NCBI RefSeq assembly: GCF_000148385.1
Contig: NC_014537.1
Coordinates: forward strand, 1,121,836 to 1,153,835
Origin: Vulcanisaeta distributa DSM 14429
GTDB lineage: Archaea > Thermoproteota > Thermoprotei > Thermoproteales > Thermocladiaceae
Direction: 5' to 3'
DNA length: 32,000 nt
Below the pieces are notes generated by a model. That model had not been told where the DNA came from, did no database searches, and saw nothing but the letters and a program-made list of their open reading frames with translations. The position numbers were made by a program, and so were the translations under genes. Below are positions 1-7,975 of this stretch, one piece after another (within the stretch, counting starts at the first letter, position 1; each line of letters begins with the position of its first letter).

Positions 1-2319
1 GCCAGGTTTAGGCTTGATAAGGATGGATTAAGCCGGGTCAATAATGAGTTGATTAGATTAGGCTTGGCGCCAATTGAGGGTGACCTGAGGGATGTCTCGA
101 TTAGTTATGGTTCGTATTACACCGCCTATGAGGGCGAGCCAACGATTTACGTGATCCTCCCAGGCATTGCTAAGGTTTCATCCTCAGTGAGTATAACTAG
201 GGCATATCAGGTATCGCCTAGGTTACATAGGATATTGGTTTTTGGTAAGGAGCCTGAGGAGGTCATTAGGGCTAAGGAGGAGGTTAGCAAGGCAATTAGC
301 ATTGTTAATGCCTTTCGTGAGGATTTAGCGACAGAAATTGTTCGGGCTGCACTTGGTTCGCAAGTAACACTTTACCCATTATCAAGCGCCTGGGTTGGTA
401 TTGTGGAGAATCCCCTTGATGTTAGGATTGGAATCATAGTGAGCACTGACGGCGACCCCAACCATCTCACCAAGTTATTGAGTAAGGTCATTAATGAGGG
501 TGCAATTACCATAGACGGCCAGGAGAGGTTCATCGACTCTCTACTTGTTATTATAATGTCAAGGACATTACTTACGAGCGACATCATGAAGAGTGTTGTA
601 GAGTCAATTAGTAAATTACCCTGGAAGCTGGTACTTGGCCCTGCGACTGATTTCGTGTACTTCTCAGTATTTGGTTCTGATAAGATCGATGAGCTTAGGT
701 CAATAGTGATTGGTTCTAGGCTTGAGAGGTTGGATAGGGTGCCGAGGGAGTACTCGGTATTTCTCGAGAGGCTTAATGACTATAGGGATGAGGTACTCGC
801 GTTCAGGGATAGGGTTAGGCAGAGGGCTCTTCAGTATACGATGGCAATTAGGCGTGGTGCTAAGGAGTCGAAGGATGCCGTGATTAGGAGGATTGTTGAG
901 GCTTGGGTTAAGGGTGAAGGCCTTGAGGATCAACCTGAGGTCTTTAGGGATGAGAGTGGTAAGGCCAGGGTTAGTGCTGTTGAGTTGAGTTTCATAGATT
1001 ACCTCAGGTCATTGGGTAAGCAGAGCTTCACTGAGAAGGAGCTTGAGTACTTGATAAGGAGGTTATACCCAACGCACCTGTGGAGAGAGTTTAAGGAGGT
1101 TGATTTGATAAAGTTGCTTAGTCTCAGGGGTTTGCTCCTACCCGTTAATAATAACCTAACCGAGTACGCGCCATACACGCCGGAGCTCGTGCCCAAGGTA
1201 CTCACAATACTTAATGAGTACATGAATAGGCTTAATGAGACCCTCCATAAGCCATTATCAATAAGTATTGATGAGTTGAAGGTGAGTATTGAGGTTCAAC
1301 CTGGGATTAATGTGCAGGGTAATGATTGCGAGAAGGCGTTCACGCTATTAAAGGCAGTACCTGAAACATCAAGCGAATTTCTAAGGAGGTATTCATTATT
1401 CATGTTATGCATCGACAAGCTGGAGGACGAGGTTGATCAGAAGCTTGAGGAATTGAATAACGAATTATCATCACTATCATCTTCATTAAACAACACAATT
1501 AAAGACCTGTTAAATAAGTTGAGTAGCGCCAGGAGAAGTATTGACGAGTACCTGCCAGGACTTTCCAGCGAGCTTGATTCAAGAGTTAATGGCCTAATTG
1601 AAAGGGTTAAGTCGTACATCCTGAGACTTAACGGGCTTGAGCTGGAGAATATTAAGGAAAGCCTTCCAACAATACTTGAGACAATCAATTCTGAGGTTAA
1701 TGGAGCAATTGAATTAATGAATACACTAAAGGGTATTGAGGATAGGGTAAAGGAGTACGTGGAACTAACGAGCATTTTAAAGAACGCCTCAGTCATAATC
1801 GGTAAGGACATCGCTGGAATGAGTATTAACGACTTTGTAGACGACTTATTACCATTGATAAGGCATGGCTCACCGAATGTGCTAAGCAATTACTTAAATG
1901 AGTTGGTGCACGTTATTGAGTTAAGGCGTAAAGAGCTTAGCGATGTGTTAGGTAATGTTAATGCTTTAATTGATAAGTATGTTAAGATAACGGCATGGCT
2001 TAAGAAGAGGATTAATAATAAGTTGGTAAATAAGTTGCTGAGTGGTGCCATCCCTGAGATTCCAAATCCATCACCAACGTTTGATAATGCTAAGTACATA
2101 AGCGATGCCATTAGGAATGTAGATGAGGTCATTAACGGGATAAGTAGGGAACTTAATATACCCAGGGACTTACTCATCAAGATTGCATCGCTAGGTCCCA
2201 ATGTGGGTATTGACGAGGGGTCCCTGGCAAAGGAGCTCAATATGGATATTTCCACGGTAAATAAGTACCTGGAAAGTATGTGGAAGGCAGGTTTGATTGA
2301 TAGGAGGTATGTGACATGA
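1..2319 (+). CDS. Large protein of unknown function (at least 756 aa, probably 5'-truncated by the window edge). It has a long alpha-helical/coiled-coil central region and a C-terminal winged-helix DNA-binding-like domain.
   Basis: The listed ORF (49..2319) starts at a TTG, but the same frame is open back to base 1 (gcc agg ttt agg ...). The first 48 nt look coding rather than AT-rich promoter, so the gene probably starts upstream of the window. The heptad-like helical stretch runs 'DKLEDEVDQKLEELNNELSSLSSSLNNTIKDLLNKL...RVKEYVELTSILK'. The C-terminus 'LAKELNMDISTVNKYLESMWKAGLIDRRY' resembles MarR/TrmB-type wHTH recognition helices. No Walker A motif is present in the visible part. Confidence 0.7.
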   Translation, partial: ARFRLDKDGLSRVNNELIRLGLAPIEGDLRDVSISYGSYYTAYEGEPTIYVILPGIAKVSSSVSITRAYQVSPRLHRILVFGKEPEEVIRAKEEVSKAISIVNAFREDLATEIVRAALGSQVTLYPLSSAWVGIVENPLDVRIGIIVSTDGDPNHLTKLLSKVINEGAITIDGQERFIDSLLVIIMSRTLLTSDIMKSVVESISKLPWKLVLGPATDFVYFSVFGSDKIDELRSIVIGSRLERLDRVPREYSVFLERLNDYRDEVLAFRDRVRQRALQYTMAIRRGAKESKDAVIRRIVEAWVKGEGLEDQPEVFRDESGKARVSAVELSFIDYLRSLGKQSFTEKELEYLIRRLYPTHLWREFKEVDLIKLLSLRGLLLPVNNNLTEYAPYTPELVPKVLTILNEYMNRLNETLHKPLSISIDELKVSIEVQPGINVQGNDCEKAFTLLKAVPETSSEFLRRYSLFMLCIDKLEDEVDQKLEELNNELSSLSSSLNNTIKDLLNKLSSARRSIDEYLPGLSSELDSRVNGLIERVKSYILRLNGLELENIKESLPTILETINSEVNGAIELMNTLKGIEDRVKEYVELTSILKNASVIIGKDIAGMSINDFVDDLLPLIRHGSPNVLSNYLNELVHVIELRRKELSDVLGNVNALIDKYVKITAWLKKRINNKLVNKLLSGAIPEIPNPSPTFDNAKYISDAIRNVDEVINGISRELNIPRDLLIKIASLGPNVGIDEGSLAKELNMDISTVNKYLESMWKAGLIDRRYVT

Positions 2320-2325
2320 GGTGAT
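2318..2325 (+). promoter_or_regulatory. Shine-Dalgarno site for the internal operon gene, overlapping the upstream stop codon.
   Basis: 'GAGGTGAT' is complementary to the archaeal 16S 3' end (AUCACCUCC). The ATG follows at 2330. Confidence 0.6.
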
Positions 2326-2329
2326 AATA

Positions 2330-2983
2330 ATGAAGGTGGCAGTTCTTGGATTGGGGAGGAATTGCGTGGATAATGAGGTATTTAGTTGCGGTGATGTCAG
2401 TGATGCATCAGTGATTATTGACTTAAATGGTAGTCTTAAGTCATTGGATGTTAAAGCCCAGTTAATAGTGTTAACAAGCCCTGAGTCCCTTGTGACTATT
2501 AAGAGGTATGTAGTTGATGAGATCGCCATCGGTAATTCCGTATTAAGGACTTTAATAGGTCTTGGAGAGCTTGAGGGTGATGCCGTCATTAAGGGTGTTA
2601 GGGGTGAGGTATTTGGTGTTTCACTGGGTGGTAAGGTCATACTCTTCGCAAGGCCGTTGCTCATCTACTTAGTCCATGACCCTGAACCACTCATCAACGA
2701 GTTGAAGCTCCTGCTTAGTAATGCCCCACCAGGTATCAGCGTTGAGGATGTGGTTAGGGAGTTAACGTCCTTAATAATATCTGAGAGGCGTAGTAAGAAG
2801 GTTTCACGTACATTGGCCTACCTGGAGGAGTTTCTCCAGGATAACGATGTTAGTAAGTTACCACCCTACATACTCGACTTACTAACCAGTGTTGGCGCTG
2901 TGCAGGGTGATAGGGTTAATAGGGAATTGATTGAGAGAATAATTAATGAGGTGAAGGCTAGGATATACCCGAGGAGGAGTTAG
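2330..2983 (+). CDS. Hypothetical protein (217 aa), the middle gene of the NurA-containing operon.
   Basis: The ORF is 2321..2983. I prefer the ATG at 2330 because a strong SD 'GAGGTGAT' (2318-2325) overlaps the upstream stop codon (TGA 2317-2319). I recognise no family motif. Confidence 0.65.
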   Translation: MKVAVLGLGRNCVDNEVFSCGDVSDASVIIDLNGSLKSLDVKAQLIVLTSPESLVTIKRYVVDEIAIGNSVLRTLIGLGELEGDAVIKGVRGEVFGVSLGGKVILFARPLLIYLVHDPEPLINELKLLLSNAPPGISVEDVVRELTSLIISERRSKKVSRTLAYLEEFLQDNDVSKLPPYILDLLTSVGAVQGDRVNRELIERIINEVKARIYPRRS

Positions 2984-2984
2984 G

Positions 2985-3908
2985 ATGTTTAATGACGTAA
3001 TAGTAAACATGCTTGAGCTCATCGAGACCAGGATTGCCCAGATGAGAGATAGGGCCCTAGAACTACTTAACAGTGCCAGTAATTTCATGAGCTACGTAAT
3101 CGAGGTTGCGCCTAGCCGTGAGTTCACGAGGTTCATAGCCGTTGACTCCGGGTTCACTGAGATAACGTATCTAGGCTTTAGAATAGCCGTCATTAACGTA
3201 GCCTTACTAATGAATGTTGATGGTAAAGGACACGTAATAAATAGGTTCGATGCGCTACTTGGAATTTCCAGTGAGGAATTAGAGAGAATAGCCCTGGACA
3301 TGGAGGCCCAATACGCACTGGAATACTCAAGGTCCTTCCCCGTAGATATTGTGTTACTTGATGGGGCATTGATGGGGAGGAACTACGTGAATAGGTTCAG
3401 CACTCCACTGCTTGCCCATGTTAAGGATGTCAAGGGTGATAGGTATTCGCAGGGGATAGCTGATGATGAGTTTAGGAATTACGTCAATAGGGCGTTGCAG
3501 ATAATGGAGGAGCCATTAGTGATGCATATGATTATGGAGACCTACAGAGCAAGGAATAGGTCAATTAATGCCCTGGTTACTAAGCCCTACGTTGTTGGTA
3601 GGGTTGGTGATAAGGAGGTTTATGGATTCTACGTTCAATACCTACCAGAGACCTTGCCGATATATACCGAGTACGTTGGTGATCCAGGCGTGATTAGGCA
3701 GGTAGTATCACGTATAGCTCCATTATCCACGATGCCGAGACTCGGGTACCCAGCCCCATTATACATCGTCGATAGGATTGCCAAGGTGAATGCGGACTTT
3801 AAGGGGATGGTCAGGTTAATAATGGAGAAGTTAGGTGGCGAGGTTTTAAGTGAGTTGAGGGGTATGTACCTAAAGATAGGGCTTAATGAGTACGTGAAAA
3901 GTAAGTAG
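2985..3908 (+). CDS. nurA: NurA-family 5'-3' nuclease homolog (307 aa).
   Basis: Motif-by-motif resemblance to Sulfolobus NurA as I recall it: 'FIAVDSGF' vs 'FVAIDGGS' (catalytic Asp), 'ERIALDMEAQYALEYS' vs 'ERISLLMEALELSLA' (catalytic Glu region), 'DIVLLDGAL' vs 'DYILMDGSL' (second Asp), and C-terminal 'GYPAPLYIVDRIAKV' vs 'GYPFPLLKAHMDV'. SD 'GAGGAGGAG' lies at 2971-2979. The ATG is 1 nt after the upstream TAG. Confidence 0.75.
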   Translation: MFNDVIVNMLELIETRIAQMRDRALELLNSASNFMSYVIEVAPSREFTRFIAVDSGFTEITYLGFRIAVINVALLMNVDGKGHVINRFDALLGISSEELERIALDMEAQYALEYSRSFPVDIVLLDGALMGRNYVNRFSTPLLAHVKDVKGDRYSQGIADDEFRNYVNRALQIMEEPLVMHMIMETYRARNRSINALVTKPYVVGRVGDKEVYGFYVQYLPETLPIYTEYVGDPGVIRQVVSRIAPLSTMPRLGYPAPLYIVDRIAKVNADFKGMVRLIMEKLGGEVLSELRGMYLKIGLNEYVKSK

Positions 3909-4087
3909 TGATGAGGTAATAGGCGTTACGGTGAGGATTGGTCATCCCGGGTTCATCTCATCAAAGCAAGTGCTCAGCAGCGTCCTCGACCTAATCATCG
4001 AATGTAATGTGTTTTCCCAGTAATTTAACTCTTTATTTCCATAATGACCATTAAGCAAATAAAGTGCTAAAGGCTTTGTTTTGTTGG

Positions 4088-4453
4088 ATGCTGATATACA
4101 TTGTGCGTGCAATGAACGAGCTTAGGAGGTGCCTTGCCCTTTATGATGAGTTTGAGTGCTCGGCATACCTCAATAGGACCTATGGTACCTGGATGGTTAG
4201 GCTCAGTAATGATGAGGCTAATGTGATCCTTAATGAGGCATCCAAGTCATGCACGCAGGTTGAGAGTAGCTTCCTTTATTGTGTGTTCTGTGTTGGTTCG
4301 CAGTGTAGTATGGAGCCTTCAGAATCCGTGAGTAGGTACATTATTGATTGTCTCGATAAACTCAATATTAGGCAGGGTGTAAAGGATGCTTTGAGGAGTA
4401 TTCTTAATAAGGCCGTGGAGATTAATTCTGAAGTGGCGTGTACCGGTGAGTGA
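4088..4453 (+). CDS. Small Cys-rich hypothetical protein (about 113-129 aa depending on start).
   Basis: The ORF is 4064..4453 with a GTG at 4064; in-frame ATGs lie at 4088 and 4112. An A/T-rich box 'aagcaaataaag' (about 4053-4064) sits about 25 nt upstream of the ATG at 4088, which fits a leaderless start. The protein has nine Cys, including 'YCVFCVGSQC'. I recognise no family. Confidence 0.5.
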   Translation: MLIYIVRAMNELRRCLALYDEFECSAYLNRTYGTWMVRLSNDEANVILNEASKSCTQVESSFLYCVFCVGSQCSMEPSESVSRYIIDCLDKLNIRQGVKDALRSILNKAVEINSEVACTGE

Positions 4454-4456
4454 TTT

Positions 4457-5515
4457 ATGCTTAGGCAGGTGATCTTTGGAGGCGTCTTCGATAAATTACC
4501 GCAGGGCATTTACAGGAGGTGGTTTGTTTATCAAATGAGGGTTTCCCAGGCGTTAATAATTCTCTCCATGGCATCGTTCATAATCGGTTCGGCTGTTTTG
4601 GCACTGAGGTATGGACGACTACATGGGGATTTGATGCTCGGTGGCTTAATACTATTCTACGTCGGCATAATGTTCAGCCAACACCCTGGCTTCACGAGGG
4701 TTATGCCAAGCCCATTCGCGTCAGTGTTGATTGGCTTATTAACCATTGCGTGGTTCGTGACCTACACATTAGGTGTGTGGTTTAGCTGGATTATGGGTAT
4801 TATCTTAGCACTATACTATGCATTGCTATTGATTATCAGGGGTGGTCTTGGCAGAAAACCACTTTACTGGCCCAACACATTCTTCCTGAGTGGCTTGATT
4901 AGTCTCATGATCGCCTTATACCTAGGTGGTTTTAGGCTAGTGGTATTCCCTGTGGCATCCATTGTTAGTCTCATTAGGCGTGTTGAGAGTAGGCAAAGGC
5001 CCATTTACGCCATTGATATTCCATACGCAGTCCTACTCCCAGTAATGACGTACTACCTTAATAACTCAATAGACCTAGCGGTTTTCTCATTATTCACGTT
5101 AATAGCCATTGGGGTACCCAGGAGGTTTGGGCCTGCATTCAAGACCACATATTCGAGGACGTACCCCATTGGTTCATCACTCGGTAGGGCTATGTTAATA
5201 ATCACCGCTATCCTGGCATTAATTGGGGTTCCACTGGGCGACGTCATTCACGCGCTTTTCATAGGCTTCATAGCCGTGATAATGTCCTCACTCTGCATAC
5301 CAATGCTCAACCCAGGGATACTCTGGTTCTCAATGAGGCGCTATGGCATTGTGGGCTTCGAAATACCAACGCTCCTCTTCATATCAGCCATACTAAGGGC
5401 GGTTTATTACCTAGTCGGTCCCCAATTAATCGCTGCGTCCTTAATCCTCGTATTAATAGCGTATATCGAGGTTGCCGCGTCTTACCTGAGTGGTGAGAGG
5501 GTTAAGGTGCTCTAA
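4457..5515 (+). CDS. Polytopic integral membrane protein (352 aa, roughly 9-10 predicted TM helices), function unknown.
   Basis: Hydrophobic segments occur throughout, for example 'ALIILSMASFIIGSAVLAL', 'GIILALYYALLLII', 'FFLSGLISLMIALYLGGF' and 'IHALFIGFIAVIMSSLCIPML'. The ATG is 3 nt after the stop of the upstream Cys-rich ORF and is preceded by 'GGTGAGTGA'. Confidence 0.7.
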   Translation: MLRQVIFGGVFDKLPQGIYRRWFVYQMRVSQALIILSMASFIIGSAVLALRYGRLHGDLMLGGLILFYVGIMFSQHPGFTRVMPSPFASVLIGLLTIAWFVTYTLGVWFSWIMGIILALYYALLLIIRGGLGRKPLYWPNTFFLSGLISLMIALYLGGFRLVVFPVASIVSLIRRVESRQRPIYAIDIPYAVLLPVMTYYLNNSIDLAVFSLFTLIAIGVPRRFGPAFKTTYSRTYPIGSSLGRAMLIITAILALIGVPLGDVIHALFIGFIAVIMSSLCIPMLNPGILWFSMRRYGIVGFEIPTLLFISAILRAVYYLVGPQLIAASLILVLIAYIEVAASYLSGERVKVL

Positions 5516-6110
5516 CGTAGTTAAGTAGCGCATTCGCTATTAACCTTGCCACCCTAATTGGCTCAGGCCTCTTACCCTCCCTAACAAACTTCCTGATTAT
5601 CGTCCTAGCAGTCCTATAATCAATTCCTGCAAACCTCACATAAATCCTCAAACCACCAGGTAACAACATCTCCCTAGGCTTACCCAACTTCTCATAAAGC
5701 CTCACCCTCACGTCCGAATCACTTGGAAACAACTTCCTCAGCGCATTTACGACATCACCCTCAGGCTCCTCGAAGGTCAGGCACATTATTGGCAAGCCCA
5801 GCTCATTCGACAGCCTCTCCAGGTCGATTATGTTGTACCAGGATATTATACACCCATCAATCATTATCAACTGAATGTCATTCCTACTAAACGACCTGTA
5901 CAGACTTATTACAGCATCCGTAGCATCTAAACCACCAACGGTAGTTCTACCCAACGACACACCATCAATAACACCATCACTCCTCATGACAACACCAACC
6001 AGTATTGAATACCTAAGATCCAGCCTAAAGCTCTCGGCAATACCAAGGGCCCTTACGCCAGGCTTACTAACAAGCGCGTCAATACCCATACTATCCCAAT
6101 CACGTAGCAC
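5502..6110 (-). CDS. DUF99/UPF0215 family protein (archaeal endonuclease-V-like fold).
   Basis: 'RALGIAESF...ILVGVVMRSDGVIDGV...TVGGLDATDAV...IQLIMIDGCIISWYNIIDL' matches the conserved UPF0215 pattern (GIDDSF-like N-terminal motif, 'DG' core). The ORF starts with a GTG at 6110. The ATG at 6089 ('MGIDALV...') is a plausible true start, given the TATA-like 'ttataa' around 6124-6133. Confidence 0.65.
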   Translation of the reverse strand: MLRDWDSMGIDALVSKPGVRALGIAESFRLDLRYSILVGVVMRSDGVIDGVSLGRTTVGGLDATDAVISLYRSFSRNDIQLIMIDGCIISWYNIIDLERLSNELGLPIMCLTFEEPEGDVVNALRKLFPSDSDVRVRLYEKLGKPREMLLPGGLRIYVRFAGIDYRTARTIIRKFVREGKRPEPIRVARLIANALLNYVRAP

Positions 6111-6210
6111 TCTATGCCTGTTATAATACTTAACGCAAATGCGCAGTCAATCATTACGGGTATTGATCCCTGGAATTTACAGTAATGATTCTCATAGGTG
6201 ACCTCAATCA

Positions 6211-7875
6211 TTAAGTAATTTGAATAACTTTACCGTATTTACATGCATATGTCTGCGGGCTCCCATAGTAATTGGTTGCATTAAGTATAAAGCCGAATGT
6301 GGGTAAACCATAGACCTGAGACGCATCAACTACCGAGACGTATAGATTTGTACCAACACCAATATTGAAGAGCTCAACCCACGTGCTCTGTGTTGTTGAT
6401 GAAGTTGATGGAGGCAACAGCATACCCGCAATGCTAAATATGGCACTACCCATGCTTAATAAGATTTCGAGAGGCTCAGAATTAGGTATTAAAGCGGCTA
6501 ATCCAAGGGCTATGCCCGTGAGCCCAGTGCCGAGCTGTGGCGCACTTAAGCCGTATGCAGTGTTAATACCGCCGAGCTGTATTTGGTATTGCCCACTGAC
6601 TATGTTTACGGGCCCATTACATTCATAGAGATATTCAGAGCCTGTGGTCGTGTATTCAAAACTGGCATAATCAATCACGGACGACGCATTTAAGGCGGAG
6701 TAACCAAAGTACCTCTCGGCTAATGGTACGGCACCGTAATACAGCAAACTTATTGTGCCGTTACCATAGTCAAGAGCGTAACCATAAGCGTCGTATTCAG
6801 GTACGTAGAGCACTTCGGAAACGGTAGTTGAGCCCAAGTACTGTGTGTATCCAGTCGTTGGATCAACGTACCAAGCATCATACTGAACAATGGCCCAAGT
6901 GGCATCTTCATAGTAGTAATATATGGAGCCTGGCACATTCACCTGTGAACCAAGCACGTACTCTGCGGTATTACCAACCCAATTCTCCTGGGTACTATAG
7001 GATGTACCTATATCTCCGTAGCCCACGGCCATGGCATTCCAATTGATTGTGCCCGAGAAGTAAATAGCCAATGTGATCCCGAGCCCCTTATCATAACTTA
7101 ACACGCCATTACTCCACGTGATCCAAGCCAGTGGTAGTGAGCCATTTATGCCCAGGCATGTTGATTCCGGTATAAATTCGTAGGGTAGCGGCATGTAAAT
7201 ACTCGGCTGAGGACCACTCACGGAACAATTATAAAGCACGTAACCGCTATACGATCCAAAGACCTGAGGATCAGTCATGTTGGGTATATGGTTCATAGCT
7301 ATGATCCTAAATGGCTTAATTGAGCTTACGTTTATGTATACCGTGGCCAATATGTACATGGGCGTAATGCCAGCCGCTAGGCTAGGCCTTTGTGCTGCCA
7401 GGGCCCAGCCTACATTGTATGGTACTACCATGGGTATTATCCAGGACTCATTATCGTGGATGTACGTCACAAACACTAGTAATGAAGTGTCATAACCATT
7501 CACCGGCATTTTAGTCTCGAGCCACTTATTCACGGCATATGCCCAGTCAGTATTGTTAAATGGTACGGTGACCGAACTACCGTAGGCATACATCACCGGC
7601 ATTATGCCGTTTGGTAGGTTCACGTAAACACTGATGAAGGCATTTACGGGTGTTATTGAGGATCCGTTAATGAGGTACGTCCTAATCACCACGCCGGGCA
7701 GCATGCCCCTTATTGGTGGTGAGCTGTAATACGTTATCGTGCCCGTACTAACCCTAATCACCTGCGCAGGGCTTGGCTGAAGCGTTACTACATCCAGTGT
7801 AGAAAGTAGTATTGAGACTGTAGTGATTATTAGTATGGCCATTGTTATGAATGCTAACCTATGCCTCGTGATCAT
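6211..7875 (-). CDS. Predicted secreted or membrane-anchored surface (glyco)protein, Tyr/Gly/Asn/Ser-rich (554 aa). Paralog of the downstream-adjacent gene.
   Basis: An N-terminal signal-anchor 'LAFITMAILIITTVSILLSTL' is present. There are about ten N-X-S/T sequons. A C-proximal pair of hydrophobic segments reads 'GLTGIALGLAALIP...GSAIFSIAGMLLPP', followed by an S/T-rich linker and a beta-like tail. The gene has its own AT-rich promoter, with 'atatatat' about 22-28 nt upstream of the ATG at 7875. Confidence 0.7.
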   Translation of the reverse strand: MITRHRLAFITMAILIITTVSILLSTLDVVTLQPSPAQVIRVSTGTITYYSSPPIRGMLPGVVIRTYLINGSSITPVNAFISVYVNLPNGIMPVMYAYGSSVTVPFNNTDWAYAVNKWLETKMPVNGYDTSLLVFVTYIHDNESWIIPMVVPYNVGWALAAQRPSLAAGITPMYILATVYINVSSIKPFRIIAMNHIPNMTDPQVFGSYSGYVLYNCSVSGPQPSIYMPLPYEFIPESTCLGINGSLPLAWITWSNGVLSYDKGLGITLAIYFSGTINWNAMAVGYGDIGTSYSTQENWVGNTAEYVLGSQVNVPGSIYYYYEDATWAIVQYDAWYVDPTTGYTQYLGSTTVSEVLYVPEYDAYGYALDYGNGTISLLYYGAVPLAERYFGYSALNASSVIDYASFEYTTTGSEYLYECNGPVNIVSGQYQIQLGGINTAYGLSAPQLGTGLTGIALGLAALIPNSEPLEILLSMGSAIFSIAGMLLPPSTSSTTQSTWVELFNIGVGTNLYVSVVDASQVYGLPTFGFILNATNYYGSPQTYACKYGKVIQIT

Positions 7876-7900
7876 TGTTATTGAGTTATTTTATCTAATA

Positions 7901-7920
7901 TATATTAATTTATATTAATT
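7901..7920. repeat. Exact tandem duplication of the 10-bp unit 'tatattaatt' in the promoter region of the 554-aa surface-protein gene.
   Basis: Bases 7901-7910 and 7911-7920 are identical. The duplication overlaps or abuts the predicted TATA region for the minus-strand ATG at 7875. Confidence 0.8.
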
Positions 7921-7975
7921 TAATGTATTATTTTATTTGATGCATATCGCCGAAGCCGAGGAATACGTGTCTTCC

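Noticed and set aside
372-2664. A series of minus-strand ORFs (71-157 aa) opposite the first two genes.
   Set aside because: These are antisense shadows of long plus-strand ORFs, with proline/serine/leucine-rich low-complexity translations. The plus-strand genes show SD-coupled junctions, which supports the plus strand as coding.
3908-3966. A possible C/D-box sRNA or structured RNA in the 155-bp gap after the NurA gene. It has 'GUGAUGA' at 3908-3914, a 7-bp inverted match 'tgatgag'/'ctcatca' (3909-3915 / 3957-3963), and minus-strand 'UGAUGA'+12 nt+'AUGA'.
   Set aside because: There is no proper D/D' box (CUGA) at the canonical 12-nt spacing on either strand, and the only CUGA on the minus strand is 17 nt from a degenerate C box. 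The stem is short and has a loop of about 41 nt. This is not enough to call an sRNA, although the gap is less AT-rich than other spacers.
4519-4785. An 88-aa plus-strand ORF in an alternative frame.
   Set aside because: It is fully nested in the 352-aa membrane-protein ORF, whose hydrophobic periodicity identifies the real frame.
5229-5237. 'ttccactgg', the reverse complement of 'ccagtggaa', resembles the core of crenarchaeal origin recognition boxes.
   Set aside because: It is a single copy inside a coding region. There is no inverted partner, no flanking AT-rich unwinding element and no nearby orc1/cdc6 gene.
7876-7975. A very AT-rich 100-bp spacer considered as a possible replication-origin unwinding element or a remnant of a mobile-element end.
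   Set aside because: Its size and position fit an ordinary strong promoter for the downstream minus-strand gene. There are no ORB repeats, terminal inverted repeats or target-site duplications.
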